A stretch of DNA of 37,897 nt from a virus. Taxonomy: Duplodnaviria > Caudoviricetes. The translations under genes were made by a program, and so were the position numbers. The stretch is taken from IMG/VR virus record IMGVR_UViG_3300005805_000008, positions 1-37,897 of that record; one strand, written 5' to 3'. This document shows, one piece after another, positions 17,055 through 27,202 of the stretch. The notes under the pieces are model-generated. The model did not search any database. It saw only the letters and a program-made list of their open reading frames with translations, and was not told the origin of the DNA. Each line of letters starts with the position of its first letter. Position 1 is the first letter of the stretch.

Positions 17055-17540
17055 ATGGAAATCAGACTTAGAACAGGGCAGGTGATGACGGAAAGCGAGT
17101 TCCGCGCTGCCCATCCGAACACCAGTTTCCCGCAGCAATTGACTGTTGAGTTGCTGGATGGCTTTGACGCTGACGTAGTGATGAACGGGGCGCAGCCTAG
17201 TGCAGGTCGCTACCAAATTACATACCGCGATGGCGTGGAAGAGATCGGCGGCAAGTGGTTCACCAAGTATTCGCTCGGCCCGGTGTTCACAGACACCGTA
17301 GTTGAGGGCGTGACCACCACAGCCGCAGAGCATGAGGCTGCTTACAAAGCCATGAAGGATGCTGAACAGGCTACTTCAGTGCGTACTGATAGGAATAAGC
17401 GGCTGACTGACTCTGACTGGACGCAGGTGCTGGATGCGCCGGTGGACCAGCAGGCGTGGGCAGAGTACCGTCAGGCTTTAAGAGAATTACCGGATCAAGA
17501 GGGTTTTCCTTGGGATGTTGACTGGCCTGTGGAGCCATAA
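17055..17540 (+). CDS. Tail fiber assembly chaperone
   Basis: VRTDRNKRLTDSDWTQ...WAEYRQALRELP...WP; GAGG SD. Confidence 0.85.
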   Translation: MEIRLRTGQVMTESEFRAAHPNTSFPQQLTVELLDGFDADVVMNGAQPSAGRYQITYRDGVEEIGGKWFTKYSLGPVFTDTVVEGVTTTAAEHEAAYKAMKDAEQATSVRTDRNKRLTDSDWTQVLDAPVDQQAWAEYRQALRELPDQEGFPWDVDWPVEP

Positions 17541-18073
17541 TGCTTGGATTTATTCCATTATCTGCTGCTGCTTTATCTGATGATGCGATAAGCACGATTA
17601 TTGCGGCTAACGCTGCGGTCAGTGGTAATGCTGTCGTTGTTGCGTCTGGCACTAGACAGGCAAATGCTAGTGCTGCGGTGCTTGGCAAGGCTATTGTAAC
17701 GGCGTATGAGGGCGCTATACAGGGCAATGCTTCTGTTACTGGCAGGGCTGTAGTTACTGCCTTGGGCGGTTACATAAGAAGTGCAGACGCTGCGATTACT
17801 GGTCAGGCTGTTGTTACGGCAGACGGCGCTAGGTTGGTTCTGGCTGACGCTAGTGTTATCTGTGTTTCTACGGTAACTGCTGCGGCTAGTAATGTTATCC
17901 TTGGTGATGCTGCGTTTACTGGTAAGGCTACTGTTACGGCGGCAGGTAAACTTACGACAAATAGCGTTGCTACGATCAACAGTAAATTCACGGTTACTGC
18001 TAAAGGCATGATTTACGGTGAGGAATGGGTAAAGTTGACCCCACAGGATGATATATGGCTACGACAAGAATAG
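17540..18073 (+). CDS. Ala/Val/Thr-rich virion protein
   Basis: MLGFIPLS start, periodic A-x-x-x-G-x-A-x-V-T-A repeats. Confidence 0.7.
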   Translation: MLGFIPLSAAALSDDAISTIIAANAAVSGNAVVVASGTRQANASAAVLGKAIVTAYEGAIQGNASVTGRAVVTALGGYIRSADAAITGQAVVTADGARLVLADASVICVSTVTAAASNVILGDAAFTGKATVTAAGKLTTNSVATINSKFTVTAKGMIYGEEWVKLTPQDDIWLRQE

Positions 18074-19716
18074 CATTTGGTGAGTGGACTCCAGACCAGC
18101 CGGGAATCCTGAGTGGCGTTACCGATGCTGTCAATTGCTATCCTGTTGCTAATGGATATGCGCCTATACCGAACATCGAACCTTACCCTAACGAGGAGAC
18201 ACAGGCTAGTGAAGTATTGCTGACTTGTTTTGGTGGTAAGTTCGGTGGTCAGAATAATCTGTTTGCAGCTAGTGCATCAAAGATATACAAGTTTGATTCA
18301 GGCAACAACAACTTTGCAGACGTTAGCAAGGCGGGTGGATACACTGCTGCTGCTTGGGATATTACTCAGTTTGGTCCGGTAATGATTGCGGCTGATGGGG
18401 TAAACAAGCTCCAATCTTATGATTTAAGCAGCAGTTCATTATTTGGTGATTTATCTGCTGATGCGCCTATTGCAAAGTATGTAACGGTTGTCCGTGATTT
18501 TGTGGTTGCGGCTAGTGAGGCTGGTGCTGAGAGTACGGTTTACTGGTCTGACATAAACAACGAGACGAACTGGACCGCATCATCTTCGAGTCAGGCTGAT
18601 TCTCAGGTGCTTCCTGATGGTGGTGATATTACGGGTTTGTCTGGCGGGGAATATGGTCTTGTATTCCTTGAGAGAGCTATTTACCGGATGACGTATGCTG
18701 GTAGCCCGTTCTTCTTCCAGTTTGACGCTATTTCTAGGTCCTTGGGCTGCATTTCTAACGGTTCCATTGCTCAGCTATCAGGCACTACTTATTTCCTCGC
18801 TGATGACGGTTTCTACGCTTGTAACGGGCAGTCTGTTACGCCTATAGGGTCAGAGAAAGTTAATCGCTGGTTCTTTGAGAACGTAGCAATTAGCAAAATA
18901 ACAACAGAAATGAGTGCAGCAGTTGATCCTGTTCGTTCCTTGGTTATTTGGGTTATGCCTACAGCGTCAGGAAAACAATTGCTTATTTATAGTACAAAAA
19001 TTAATCGTTGGTCATATTCAACCATTGAAGTAAATGCAATTTCTTATGTTTTATCATCATCTTTTACGTTAGAGCAATTAGACAAAAGATCAATTACTGA
19101 AGGATTTAATACATTATCTGCAACGTATACACGTTCTGGCACGACGGTAACTGTTTCAGCAACGGATCATAAGCTACAGACCAATGCGTTTGTTTATTTT
19201 GATGCCACATCGGGTGGTGCTGTTGACGGGTTTTATCAAATAACTAGAGTCAATGACAACAGCTTTACTTTTGCGACGGTTGCATCTGGCACAATTTCGA
19301 CAAGTAACTGCATACTATCTATGCCATCAATAGCTCAGCTTAATACATCGTTTGATGATCGTAGTTATGCTGGTGGCAAATGGTTTTTGGCTGCCGTTTC
19401 TGGTCAGAAAGTGTACGGATTCACTGGTGATCCCATCGAGGCTTATGTATCAAGCGCGGATATTGACATTGGTAGAAGTTTGGTCACGCTGGCAAAGCCT
19501 ATTGTTGACAATGGTAGCGGTGATGTTGCGGTGTCTAGCCGTGTTTTGATGAGTAACGTACCGCAGTTTGGCGGTTATTCTTCACCTGATTCGATAAACC
19601 GGGTGTCCTTGAGGTCTAGCGGCAATTATCATAGGCTAAGAGTTAAGCCTACGGGGGATAACTGGCGAACACTTGTTGGCGTTGACGTTGAGATAACGAA
19701 AGCTGGCGACAGATGA
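18055..19716 (+). CDS. P22 gp10-like tail hub / packaged DNA stabilization protein
   Basis: FGEWTPDQP, VYWSDIN, GCISNGSI, IGSEKVNRWF; size and position. Confidence 0.75.
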   Translation: MATTRIAFGEWTPDQPGILSGVTDAVNCYPVANGYAPIPNIEPYPNEETQASEVLLTCFGGKFGGQNNLFAASASKIYKFDSGNNNFADVSKAGGYTAAAWDITQFGPVMIAADGVNKLQSYDLSSSSLFGDLSADAPIAKYVTVVRDFVVAASEAGAESTVYWSDINNETNWTASSSSQADSQVLPDGGDITGLSGGEYGLVFLERAIYRMTYAGSPFFFQFDAISRSLGCISNGSIAQLSGTTYFLADDGFYACNGQSVTPIGSEKVNRWFFENVAISKITTEMSAAVDPVRSLVIWVMPTASGKQLLIYSTKINRWSYSTIEVNAISYVLSSSFTLEQLDKRSITEGFNTLSATYTRSGTTVTVSATDHKLQTNAFVYFDATSGGAVDGFYQITRVNDNSFTFATVASGTISTSNCILSMPSIAQLNTSFDDRSYAGGKWFLAAVSGQKVYGFTGDPIEAYVSSADIDIGRSLVTLAKPIVDNGSGDVAVSSRVLMSNVPQFGGYSSPDSINRVSLRSSGNYHRLRVKPTGDNWRTLVGVDVEITKAGDR

Positions 19717-20024
19717 CCCGTCAATTTCGCACGTTACCTGTATTTGGTGCTTCAGAGCGAGACGTTTCTGAGGTTGTTCGCGGGATTATGGACGGGAAGA
19801 CCAATAATTCTGGTTATTTTACGACTGGAACTTCAGCAACTCAGACAACGTTGAATGACCCTAGAATAGGTTATGATTCTGCAATTATATTTACGCCGAT
19901 GAACGATGATGCGGCAAAAGAAATGGCTAAATTGTGGGTAGGTACAAGGTCACAGGGCAGTGCGGTGATTAATCATGCCAGCAATGCTCACGTTTGTAAT
20001 TTTATGTATATCGTGGTTGGTTAA
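19713..20024 (+). CDS. Small virion protein
   Basis: Coupled ORF in the tail module. Confidence 0.7.
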   Translation: MTRQFRTLPVFGASERDVSEVVRGIMDGKTNNSGYFTTGTSATQTTLNDPRIGYDSAIIFTPMNDDAAKEMAKLWVGTRSQGSAVINHASNAHVCNFMYIVVG

Positions 20025-20422
20025 TGGAATATAAATACATTGAACCAAAGGAATTAAGGAAGTGGTGGGCTACGATTAAGCCACCATTAGAGAAGATTAA
20101 TAGCAGGGGAAATGACGGTTGGATACTTGAGGACGTTTATACGGACTGTTTTAACCAGAAAAGCCTGTTATTTGTAGGCATAGAGAATAACCGTTATCAG
20201 GGCTTCTTTATCCTTCAGCCATTAGGTGAGATTTTGCACGTTTGGGCTGCCTATTCGTTAGAAAATGATTATGATATTGTCAAAAATGCTTTAGAATTCA
20301 TAAAGAGCATGGCTAGACAAGCTAATGCAAAAAACATAACATTTTCTAGTTATAGGCGGGGGTGGGATAAGAGGGCGGTGTCATACGGTTTCCGTCCTAA
20401 AAGCTGGATATGTGAGGTGTAA
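20024..20422 (+). CDS. Hypothetical protein, possibly GNAT-like (P22 gp14 position)
   Basis: Coupled ORF; LHVWAAY...RRGWDKR...GF; precedes ejection proteins. Confidence 0.6.
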   Translation: MEYKYIEPKELRKWWATIKPPLEKINSRGNDGWILEDVYTDCFNQKSLLFVGIENNRYQGFFILQPLGEILHVWAAYSLENDYDIVKNALEFIKSMARQANAKNITFSSYRRGWDKRAVSYGFRPKSWICEV

Positions 20423-20424
20423 TT

Positions 20425-21450
20425 ATGGGCGGTGGCGGCGGAACGACTACGTCAAAAACAACGATTGATCCGGCGATTAGGCCGTATGTTGATTTTGCTT
20501 TAAAAGAAGGTCAAAGACTTTATCAAGGTACTTCGCCTCAATTTTTCCCGGGGCAGACTTATGTAAGCCCGTCTCAGCAAACGCAAACAGCTTTGGATCT
20601 TGCTGAAGCTAGAGCAACCCGTGGGTCTCCGCTAATTGGTCAGGCTCAAGACGTTATTTCTCAGCAGATGAGTTATTCAAGCCCGTATGCCAAGAAGATT
20701 GAAGACCTTGGCATGACTGCGGCTGACCCTAGTTCAGAATTCTACCGTTCAATGATGCAAGGCCAGCCAGAGAGCGAGGCTATGGGTATGGCTCGCAGGA
20801 CTGCATCAGGCGCTTATCTGGAGGGCAATCCTTTCTTGGAGGGTGCGCTATCTAGGTCTAATCGTCTGGCTACTGAGTCCTATCAAGAGGGTTTGCGTGG
20901 CTTGCAGTCTCAGGCTGCTGCTGCTGGTCGATATGGTTCTGGTGCTGCTGGACAGCAGATTGCTAAAGGTCAGGACGTATTTGCTCGGGCTTTGACTGAA
21001 CAGAATCAACAGGCTTATCTCCAGAACTATGCTAACGAACGTGCTGCTCAAGAAGCGGCTATTGGTCGTTTAGGCACAATGGAACAGCAGGGTGTTGCTA
21101 ACCGTTTTGCTGGTGCAGGTGGTTTAACGTCTGGTCAGCAACAAGCATTGCAGACTCAGCTAAGCTCATTGGGTGCTGCTCAGGGGATTACTTCAGCAGA
21201 CTTGGCTAGACAGTATCAGGCTGCTGGTGCGGCTCCGCAGATGGCTGCTCAGGACTATGCTGATATTCAGCGGTTGTTGACGGTTGGCGGTGCTAGAGAA
21301 GGTCAGTCAGCGGCAGAGCTTCAGGACGCGATGAGTAGATTTAATTACGAACAAAACTTGCCATACATGAAACTTAATCAATTTGCTAATTTGTTTAGCG
21401 GTGTTCCTCAAGGTCAGGAAACCACAGCTACGCCATCGGGGGGTAAATAA
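20425..21450 (+). CDS. Internal virion / DNA ejection protein
   Basis: MGGGGGTTTS start, Gln/Ala/Gly-rich helical sequence. Confidence 0.7.
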   Translation: MGGGGGTTTSKTTIDPAIRPYVDFALKEGQRLYQGTSPQFFPGQTYVSPSQQTQTALDLAEARATRGSPLIGQAQDVISQQMSYSSPYAKKIEDLGMTAADPSSEFYRSMMQGQPESEAMGMARRTASGAYLEGNPFLEGALSRSNRLATESYQEGLRGLQSQAAAAGRYGSGAAGQQIAKGQDVFARALTEQNQQAYLQNYANERAAQEAAIGRLGTMEQQGVANRFAGAGGLTSGQQQALQTQLSSLGAAQGITSADLARQYQAAGAAPQMAAQDYADIQRLLTVGGAREGQSAAELQDAMSRFNYEQNLPYMKLNQFANLFSGVPQGQETTATPSGGK

Positions 21451-22025
21451 TGGGGGCTTCAATCTTTCCATCAATTACTGGCGCCTTAATGAATGGAATT
21501 GCTACTAATATAGCTGCTGGCGGTGACACAAAGAAGGGGCTGCTTATGAATGCTGCTCTTTTAGCTGGTAGTCAAGGTATGCCCGGTGTTTTTTCTAATG
21601 CCGGTGCAACTGCATTTCCATCAACTGCCGCGAATACTGCATTTGCGATACCTTCTGGCGTTAACTCTGTTGCAGCTAGTCAGTCTGCAAATTTGTTGGC
21701 TCCGAGTGCAGTTGATTTTAGCAGTGGCATAGGTAGCGCAGTTTACCAAGCTCCATCACTAGGTGGTGGGCCTAGCACTGGGATGATTCCATCTTCATTA
21801 GCTACGCCACCGGGGTTTCTTGACCAAATTGGCAAGTACGCACAGCAAAACCCTGTTTTAACAAATATGGCAATGCAATCTGCACAGCAAATGATGCAAC
21901 AGCCTGAAATGCAAGTGCAGTCAGGTAGTGTCAGCAGAGGTCAAATTGCCCCAGTTGATTTTATGAGTTTACTGAATCCGCAGCAGTCAACGGTAATCCG
22001 TCCTGCTATGCCTTCGCTTCTATAG
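21450..22025 (+). CDS. Internal virion / ejection protein
   Basis: Low-complexity Ala/Gly/Ser/Gln; coupled. Confidence 0.6.
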   Translation: MGASIFPSITGALMNGIATNIAAGGDTKKGLLMNAALLAGSQGMPGVFSNAGATAFPSTAANTAFAIPSGVNSVAASQSANLLAPSAVDFSSGIGSAVYQAPSLGGGPSTGMIPSSLATPPGFLDQIGKYAQQNPVLTNMAMQSAQQMMQQPEMQVQSGSVSRGQIAPVDFMSLLNPQQSTVIRPAMPSLL

Positions 22026-22032
22026 GTGATGT

Positions 22033-23895
22033 ATGGCAATTGAAGATTATATTCCTAATGTATTTGGTGGCGTTGCTCCTAGCTACCTGCCGGGTCTATT
22101 AGGTGCTGAGGAGACTCAGAATCTACAAAATAGAGCCAAGGTACAAGGCTTGCTTGGTGCTGGTCTGGCATTGGCTCAGGGTATGTCACGCACTGGTCCT
22201 AGACGCTCTGCGGCTGAGAATATCTTTGGTGCATTGGCAGGTGGATTGGGTGCTTCTGGTGGTGCTTATGAACAGGGCGTTAAAAACTACATGACGCAGC
22301 AGCAGATTGCACAGACTCAGCTTGCACAGCAAAAGGCATTGCTTGAGCGTCAGCAGACCATAGCGCAGCAAGCAGCTATAGAGAACCTGTTGAAGTCTCC
22401 TGAGATTGCTAGTGATCCGCTTAAAGTGGCTTACATTCGGGCCAATCCTAACGAAGCATTAAAGTTGTATTCAGAATTGTTGCCATTGCAGAGAGCGCTT
22501 ACTGGCGGTCAAGTTCAGGCGGCTCCACAAGCGGCTCCACAAGCTGCTGCAAACGTACCTACTGGCACAGAAAAAGTAATGCCAGAGGTTTCGGTTACTG
22601 CTGCTCCCGGTCCTGCTGCACTGCTCCAGCAAGACAAAGACAGGCTTATTAAAGAAAACCGCAGAATTGCAGGTTTGACAAGTGAACAAGCACAGAAGCG
22701 TAGAAAAGAAAACTTGGATCAGATTGCTGCGATAGATAAGCAACTAGACCGCTTTGCTGTGTCTGGATACAACTTTGACACAATCAAAAAATCTCTGCCT
22801 GAGAAATTTAAGCCACAAATTGATGCAATTAAGCAGCTTGCTGAAACTCAAGCATTGGGTGCGGATCAGGTTCGTATTGCTGTCCAAGAGGTTTACAAGC
22901 AGGTTCAAGAATCTGAGAAGGGTCAAAAGATTGAGAATCTTCCGGGTGATTATGCTCAAATGCGTTTTGGGACAACAGATCGGACAAAACTAAATCCTGA
23001 GCAATTGGCTGAAGTATTGCGGTTTGCTAACGCTCCGACTGCTGACCAATATGCTCAACTTGCCAGAGAATCCCAAAGACTGCAATTTGAGACTGGTAGG
23101 GGTTCTGCTGTTCCTGTTAGTCGTGAGGCGCTTATCAGTGGTCAAAGGTCAGCTGCTCAACCTACGGTTAGTCAAACTCAAGTTCTCCCACAGCCTGCTC
23201 CGCAAGTTGTGCCACAAACTGCTCCACAACCTGCTCCAGCGGCTCCTGTTTCTCAACAACCAACTAGGGTCTCAACTGTAATTGATCCAAAGGTTTATCA
23301 GAACCCGCTTATCAGTCAACCTGATAGCAAGGTTCCACCAAAGAAAAAGCAAGAACTTCTTCAAGCACAGCCGGGTTTAATTAGTGCCTCTAATTACACG
23401 TTAAAGAATATTGTTGACGCTCGCAATGCTGCTCAGTCTTTGCTTGATAACCCTGCATACATTGATTCACTTTCAGGAAGAACCGCTCCGCTTAGAACTC
23501 AAACCATAGGTGGCGTTGTTCTTGACCAGCAAGCATATACAGCTAACGAGATATTAAATAACATTCTTGGCAGATCGTTTATTAGCGAAATTCAAGAAAT
23601 GAGAGCAAATAGCCCGACTGGTGGCGCTGTTGGTAACGTAGCCGTTGCTGAGATGGAAAGCCTTTCAAAGATTAGGGGTGCTTTTAAAGTTGGTATGGAC
23701 AAAGCTGAATTGAAAAAACAGCTTGAGTCATACATCAACAATGCCAATCGAGCGCTAAAAACTATTCCTAACGATTACGCTAGAACCTACGGCTATAACG
23801 GCGAGTTTGATGATTTGATCTCTAGCGAAGTAGTTATTCCCCAGCCTACAACAAATAAACTTCCTCCGGGCGTTAAAGTGCGGAGGAAACCATAA
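22033..23895 (+). CDS. Internal virion / DNA transfer protein
   Basis: 620 aa, Gly-rich hydrophobic N-terminus, Pro/Gln linkers, SPTGGAVGNV motif. Confidence 0.65.
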   Translation: MAIEDYIPNVFGGVAPSYLPGLLGAEETQNLQNRAKVQGLLGAGLALAQGMSRTGPRRSAAENIFGALAGGLGASGGAYEQGVKNYMTQQQIAQTQLAQQKALLERQQTIAQQAAIENLLKSPEIASDPLKVAYIRANPNEALKLYSELLPLQRALTGGQVQAAPQAAPQAAANVPTGTEKVMPEVSVTAAPGPAALLQQDKDRLIKENRRIAGLTSEQAQKRRKENLDQIAAIDKQLDRFAVSGYNFDTIKKSLPEKFKPQIDAIKQLAETQALGADQVRIAVQEVYKQVQESEKGQKIENLPGDYAQMRFGTTDRTKLNPEQLAEVLRFANAPTADQYAQLARESQRLQFETGRGSAVPVSREALISGQRSAAQPTVSQTQVLPQPAPQVVPQTAPQPAPAAPVSQQPTRVSTVIDPKVYQNPLISQPDSKVPPKKKQELLQAQPGLISASNYTLKNIVDARNAAQSLLDNPAYIDSLSGRTAPLRTQTIGGVVLDQQAYTANEILNNILGRSFISEIQEMRANSPTGGAVGNVAVAEMESLSKIRGAFKVGMDKAELKKQLESYINNANRALKTIPNDYARTYGYNGEFDDLISSEVVIPQPTTNKLPPGVKVRRKP

Positions 23896-25439
23896 TGGCT
23901 AAGTTTAGTTACGAAGTTGATATTCCCGGCGTTGGCACTCAAGTTGTTGAGTCTGACCAAAAACTTACAGATATTCAGGCATATGAATATGCTTTACAAG
24001 GCGCTCAACCTAGAACTGCTGGTCAAGAATTTACTAGAGGCGCGGGGTTGGCTGGTAGGGGTGCTACTCCTGTTGCTGCTGGCGCTGGTATTGGTTTTAT
24101 GCTTGGTGGCCCACCGGGTGCTTTAGCTGGCACACTTGCTTTGCCATTGGCTGAGGTAGGAACACAAGGCTTAAATTTAGTATTGCCAGAAAAATATCAA
24201 ATACCCTCTCCCGTTGCTGGCGTTGAGGGTCTTTTGACGCGCATGGGATTCCCTGTGCCGGAGACAACTGGCGAGCGAGTTATTCAGGCGGCTGGTGGTG
24301 CTTTATCTGGTACGGCTGGACAATTAGCTACTTTGCCAACAGTGACAAAAACAGCGACTACTGAACTTGGTAGAAACATTTCTGCCGAGATGTCTAAGGC
24401 TCCCGGTAGACAATTAGCTGCTGCTGCTCCTTCTGCGTCTGCTGCTCAATACGCTGCTGAGGCTACAGGAAGCCCGATTGCTGGCATGGTTGCGGGTATG
24501 GCTACTGGCGCTCCGTTTGCGGCAGGAACTCGCCCTACAGGGCCATCTAGAGAGGCTCTTGCGGCTCAGTCAACTGCTGCATTTGAAGCAGCTAAGAATT
24601 CAGGCATTGCATTTAACCCGTCAAGATTTAGCACAAGCATGAGTAAAGTTGCTGCTGATCTTCGTCAAGAAGGTTATACGCCGAGAGCATACCCAAAGAT
24701 TGAGGCTGTAGTCAGGGAATTGACTGACGTTAATATGCCTAAAGACTTTACTGAGCTTCAAGCATTGCGGAAGATGATTCAAGGTGCTCAAGCTAGTATA
24801 GATCGAGAAGAACGAAGATTGGCATCTATCCTTAAAGATAGATTTGATGATTATGTCGTTAATGCGGATAAAACTGACATTGTTGGCGCAGGAAACAAAA
24901 CTGGCGTAGCTGCTTGGAATCAAGCTAGAAACACTTATTCCCGCATGATGAAGGCTGATGTTTTTGATGAGATGCTGGCTAATGCTCAATTAGATCAAAG
25001 TAAATTTACTCAGTCTGGCGCTGAAAACTCTATGGCTCAACAGCTTAGAACTTTGGCTAAGAACAAAAACAAGATGCGATTGTTTACTCCTGCTGAACAG
25101 AAAGAAATTATTGCTGCCGCTAAAGGATCAAGCACACAAAACTTGCTTAAATTCTTTGGTAGGTTTGCCCCTACTGGCCCCGTTAGCAGTATTTTGCCCG
25201 GCGGTGCTATTGTTGCTAATCCTTATGTTGGTGTGCCTTTGGCTCTTGGTGCTACTGGCGCAAGAATGGGCGCTACAAGCCTTCGTAGGCAATCTGTTGA
25301 AAATCTTGCAGACATAATGCGAACAGGTGGATTGCATCCTAGACAAACATCTGCTACCAGAGCATTGGCTACTAGAGGTCTTATATCTCCGCAGCAGCCT
25401 GTAACAGAGGAAGAAATTAACCTATTGATGGGTAGATAA
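23895..25439 (+). CDS. Internal virion / DNA transfer protein
   Basis: 514 aa with Gly/Ala hydrophobic segments; position. Confidence 0.65.
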   Translation: MAKFSYEVDIPGVGTQVVESDQKLTDIQAYEYALQGAQPRTAGQEFTRGAGLAGRGATPVAAGAGIGFMLGGPPGALAGTLALPLAEVGTQGLNLVLPEKYQIPSPVAGVEGLLTRMGFPVPETTGERVIQAAGGALSGTAGQLATLPTVTKTATTELGRNISAEMSKAPGRQLAAAAPSASAAQYAAEATGSPIAGMVAGMATGAPFAAGTRPTGPSREALAAQSTAAFEAAKNSGIAFNPSRFSTSMSKVAADLRQEGYTPRAYPKIEAVVRELTDVNMPKDFTELQALRKMIQGAQASIDREERRLASILKDRFDDYVVNADKTDIVGAGNKTGVAAWNQARNTYSRMMKADVFDEMLANAQLDQSKFTQSGAENSMAQQLRTLAKNKNKMRLFTPAEQKEIIAAAKGSSTQNLLKFFGRFAPTGPVSSILPGGAIVANPYVGVPLALGATGARMGATSLRRQSVENLADIMRTGGLHPRQTSATRALATRGLISPQQPVTEEEINLLMGR

Positions 25440-25441
25440 TC

Positions 25442-26509
25442 ATGGCAAAGAACAAGATTAGCGAGTTTAGCTCTACGCCGTCCAATAACACGGACATCGG
25501 CGGGATCAATATTGCAGAGGGTACTGCACCTAGCAATATAAACAATGCTATCCGCGAGTTAATGGCGCAGCTTAAAGACCAGCAAGCTGGCACAGATGGC
25601 GATAACTTTACGGTAGGCGGTGGGTTTACTTGTTCTGGCGCTGCTGTATTTAGTTCAACGGTTGCTATTGGTACGCCTCTTGCAGTTACCAGCGGTGGTA
25701 CTGGATTGGCTTCAGTGGCTGCTGGTGATCTGTTGTATGCCAGTGGAACGAATACGTTAGCAAAACTTGCATCAGCGGCTACAACAACAAGTGTTTTGCT
25801 ATCCGGCAATACGGCTCCTTCATGGGGGAAGGTAGCATTAGCATCTGCGGTATCTGGAACATTGCCTATTGCTAACGGTGGCACAGGCCAGACAACTGCA
25901 AGCGGCGCTATTAATGCGCTGGTTCCTAGTCAAACAGGCAATTCTGGTAAATACCTAAAGACTGATGGATCTTCGGTTTCTTGGGACACTGTTGCTGGCG
26001 GTGGTGGTACAGTAACTTCTATTGCTTCTGGTGCTGGTATGAACTTCAGCACGATTACTGCAACCGGAACTGTTACGATGGGTACGCCTAGTACCTTGAC
26101 CTCTTCAACAACAAATTCTGCTTCTGGCACTACGCATACTCACGCAGTTACGTTCCCAGTTACGTCGCTTAAAGGTCAATCGTCTGATACGGCATTGACT
26201 GGGGCTTTGTTGCTGACAAGTCTAGAATCTTTTGGTAAGTCATTAAACAGTAACGGTTATCAAAAGTTACCGGGTGGGTTAATTATTCAGTGGGGCTATG
26301 CTGCAATTTCTGCGTCAACCACAGCAATTTCATTTCCGACAGCATTTGCTAGTGCTTGTTATTGCGTTGTTGCTACAAATTATTTGAGTGGAGATTTAAG
26401 TGGTACTGAGTTGGCAGTGACCCTTAGGTCGGTCCCGACAACCACTGGTGCAGATTTTGGTACATCATTAACCCTTGACGGGTTTTACTGGATTGCTATA
26501 GGCCAGTAA
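25442..26509 (+). CDS. Tail fiber/spike with gp53-like C-terminal domain
   Basis: NNAIRELMAQLK N-terminus, LPIANGGTG repeats, NGYQKLPGGLIIQWG...FPTAF. Confidence 0.8.
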   Translation: MAKNKISEFSSTPSNNTDIGGINIAEGTAPSNINNAIRELMAQLKDQQAGTDGDNFTVGGGFTCSGAAVFSSTVAIGTPLAVTSGGTGLASVAAGDLLYASGTNTLAKLASAATTTSVLLSGNTAPSWGKVALASAVSGTLPIANGGTGQTTASGAINALVPSQTGNSGKYLKTDGSSVSWDTVAGGGGTVTSIASGAGMNFSTITATGTVTMGTPSTLTSSTTNSASGTTHTHAVTFPVTSLKGQSSDTALTGALLLTSLESFGKSLNSNGYQKLPGGLIIQWGYAAISASTTAISFPTAFASACYCVVATNYLSGDLSGTELAVTLRSVPTTTGADFGTSLTLDGFYWIAIGQ

Positions 26510-26553
26510 GATTGTAATTAATTTGGGGTTTTATTTATTGGTAAGAGTGAATC

Positions 26554-26745
26554 ATGATAGACGCAACTAAAGCCGCTTCTGCGGCAACATACGGCGGCTC
26601 TGCTACAGCCGTTTTTTTTGGGCTAACAGCAAATGAATTTGCGGCTTTAGGCGGTCTTTTTATTGCTGTAGTTGGTCTTCTAATAAATATCTGGTTTAAA
26701 CACCAGCACCTGAAGATCGCCAAAAAACAGATTGACGATGAGTAG
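26554..26745 (+). CDS. Holin (small, possibly pinholin)
   Basis: 63 aa, hydrophobic segments, charged C-terminus, directly before the lysozyme. Confidence 0.75.
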   Translation: MIDATKAASAATYGGSATAVFFGLTANEFAALGGLFIAVVGLLINIWFKHQHLKIAKKQIDDE

Positions 26746-27202
26746 CCAGAGAACGCTTATTGCCAGCTTAACGTTGTCCGCTGCTGCATTAGTTGGCATT
26801 GCGGTCCATGAGGGTTACAAGGAATCTGCTTATATTCCTGTTCCCGGTGATGTTCCTACGATTGGTTTCGGGGATACTCATGGAGTCAAGCCGGGGGATA
26901 AGACTGACCCTATCCGAGCTTTAATCAAGCTATCTCAGCACACAGAGAACTTTCAGCGTGATTTGAAGCGTTGTATTGGCGATGTTCCAATGTATCAGTA
27001 TGAGTGGGATGCGATTGTTTCTTGGTCTTACAACATTGGTACTGGCGCTGCTTGCAAGTCTACTCTGGTCAAGAAGCTAAAGATGCGTGATTATTCAGGC
27101 GCTTGCACTGAGCTTTTAAAGTGGGATAAGTTTAACGGTAAGTCGTTACCCGGTCTGACTAAGAGGCGCCAGCAGGAGTATAAGCAATGTATTGGAGATT
27201 AG
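26738..27202 (+). CDS. GH24 lysozyme / SAR endolysin
   Basis: Hydrophobic N-terminus then HEG...GDVPTIGFG, YNIG, GLTKRRQQE. Confidence 0.9.
   Translation: MSSQRTLIASLTLSAAALVGIAVHEGYKESAYIPVPGDVPTIGFGDTHGVKPGDKTDPIRALIKLSQHTENFQRDLKRCIGDVPMYQYEWDAIVSWSYNIGTGAACKSTLVKKLKMRDYSGACTELLKWDKFNGKSLPGLTKRRQQEYKQCIGD

Noticed and set aside
22519-22545. 12-bp tandem repeat GGCTCCACAAGC
   Set aside because: Encodes an AAPQ linker; ordinary low-complexity coding
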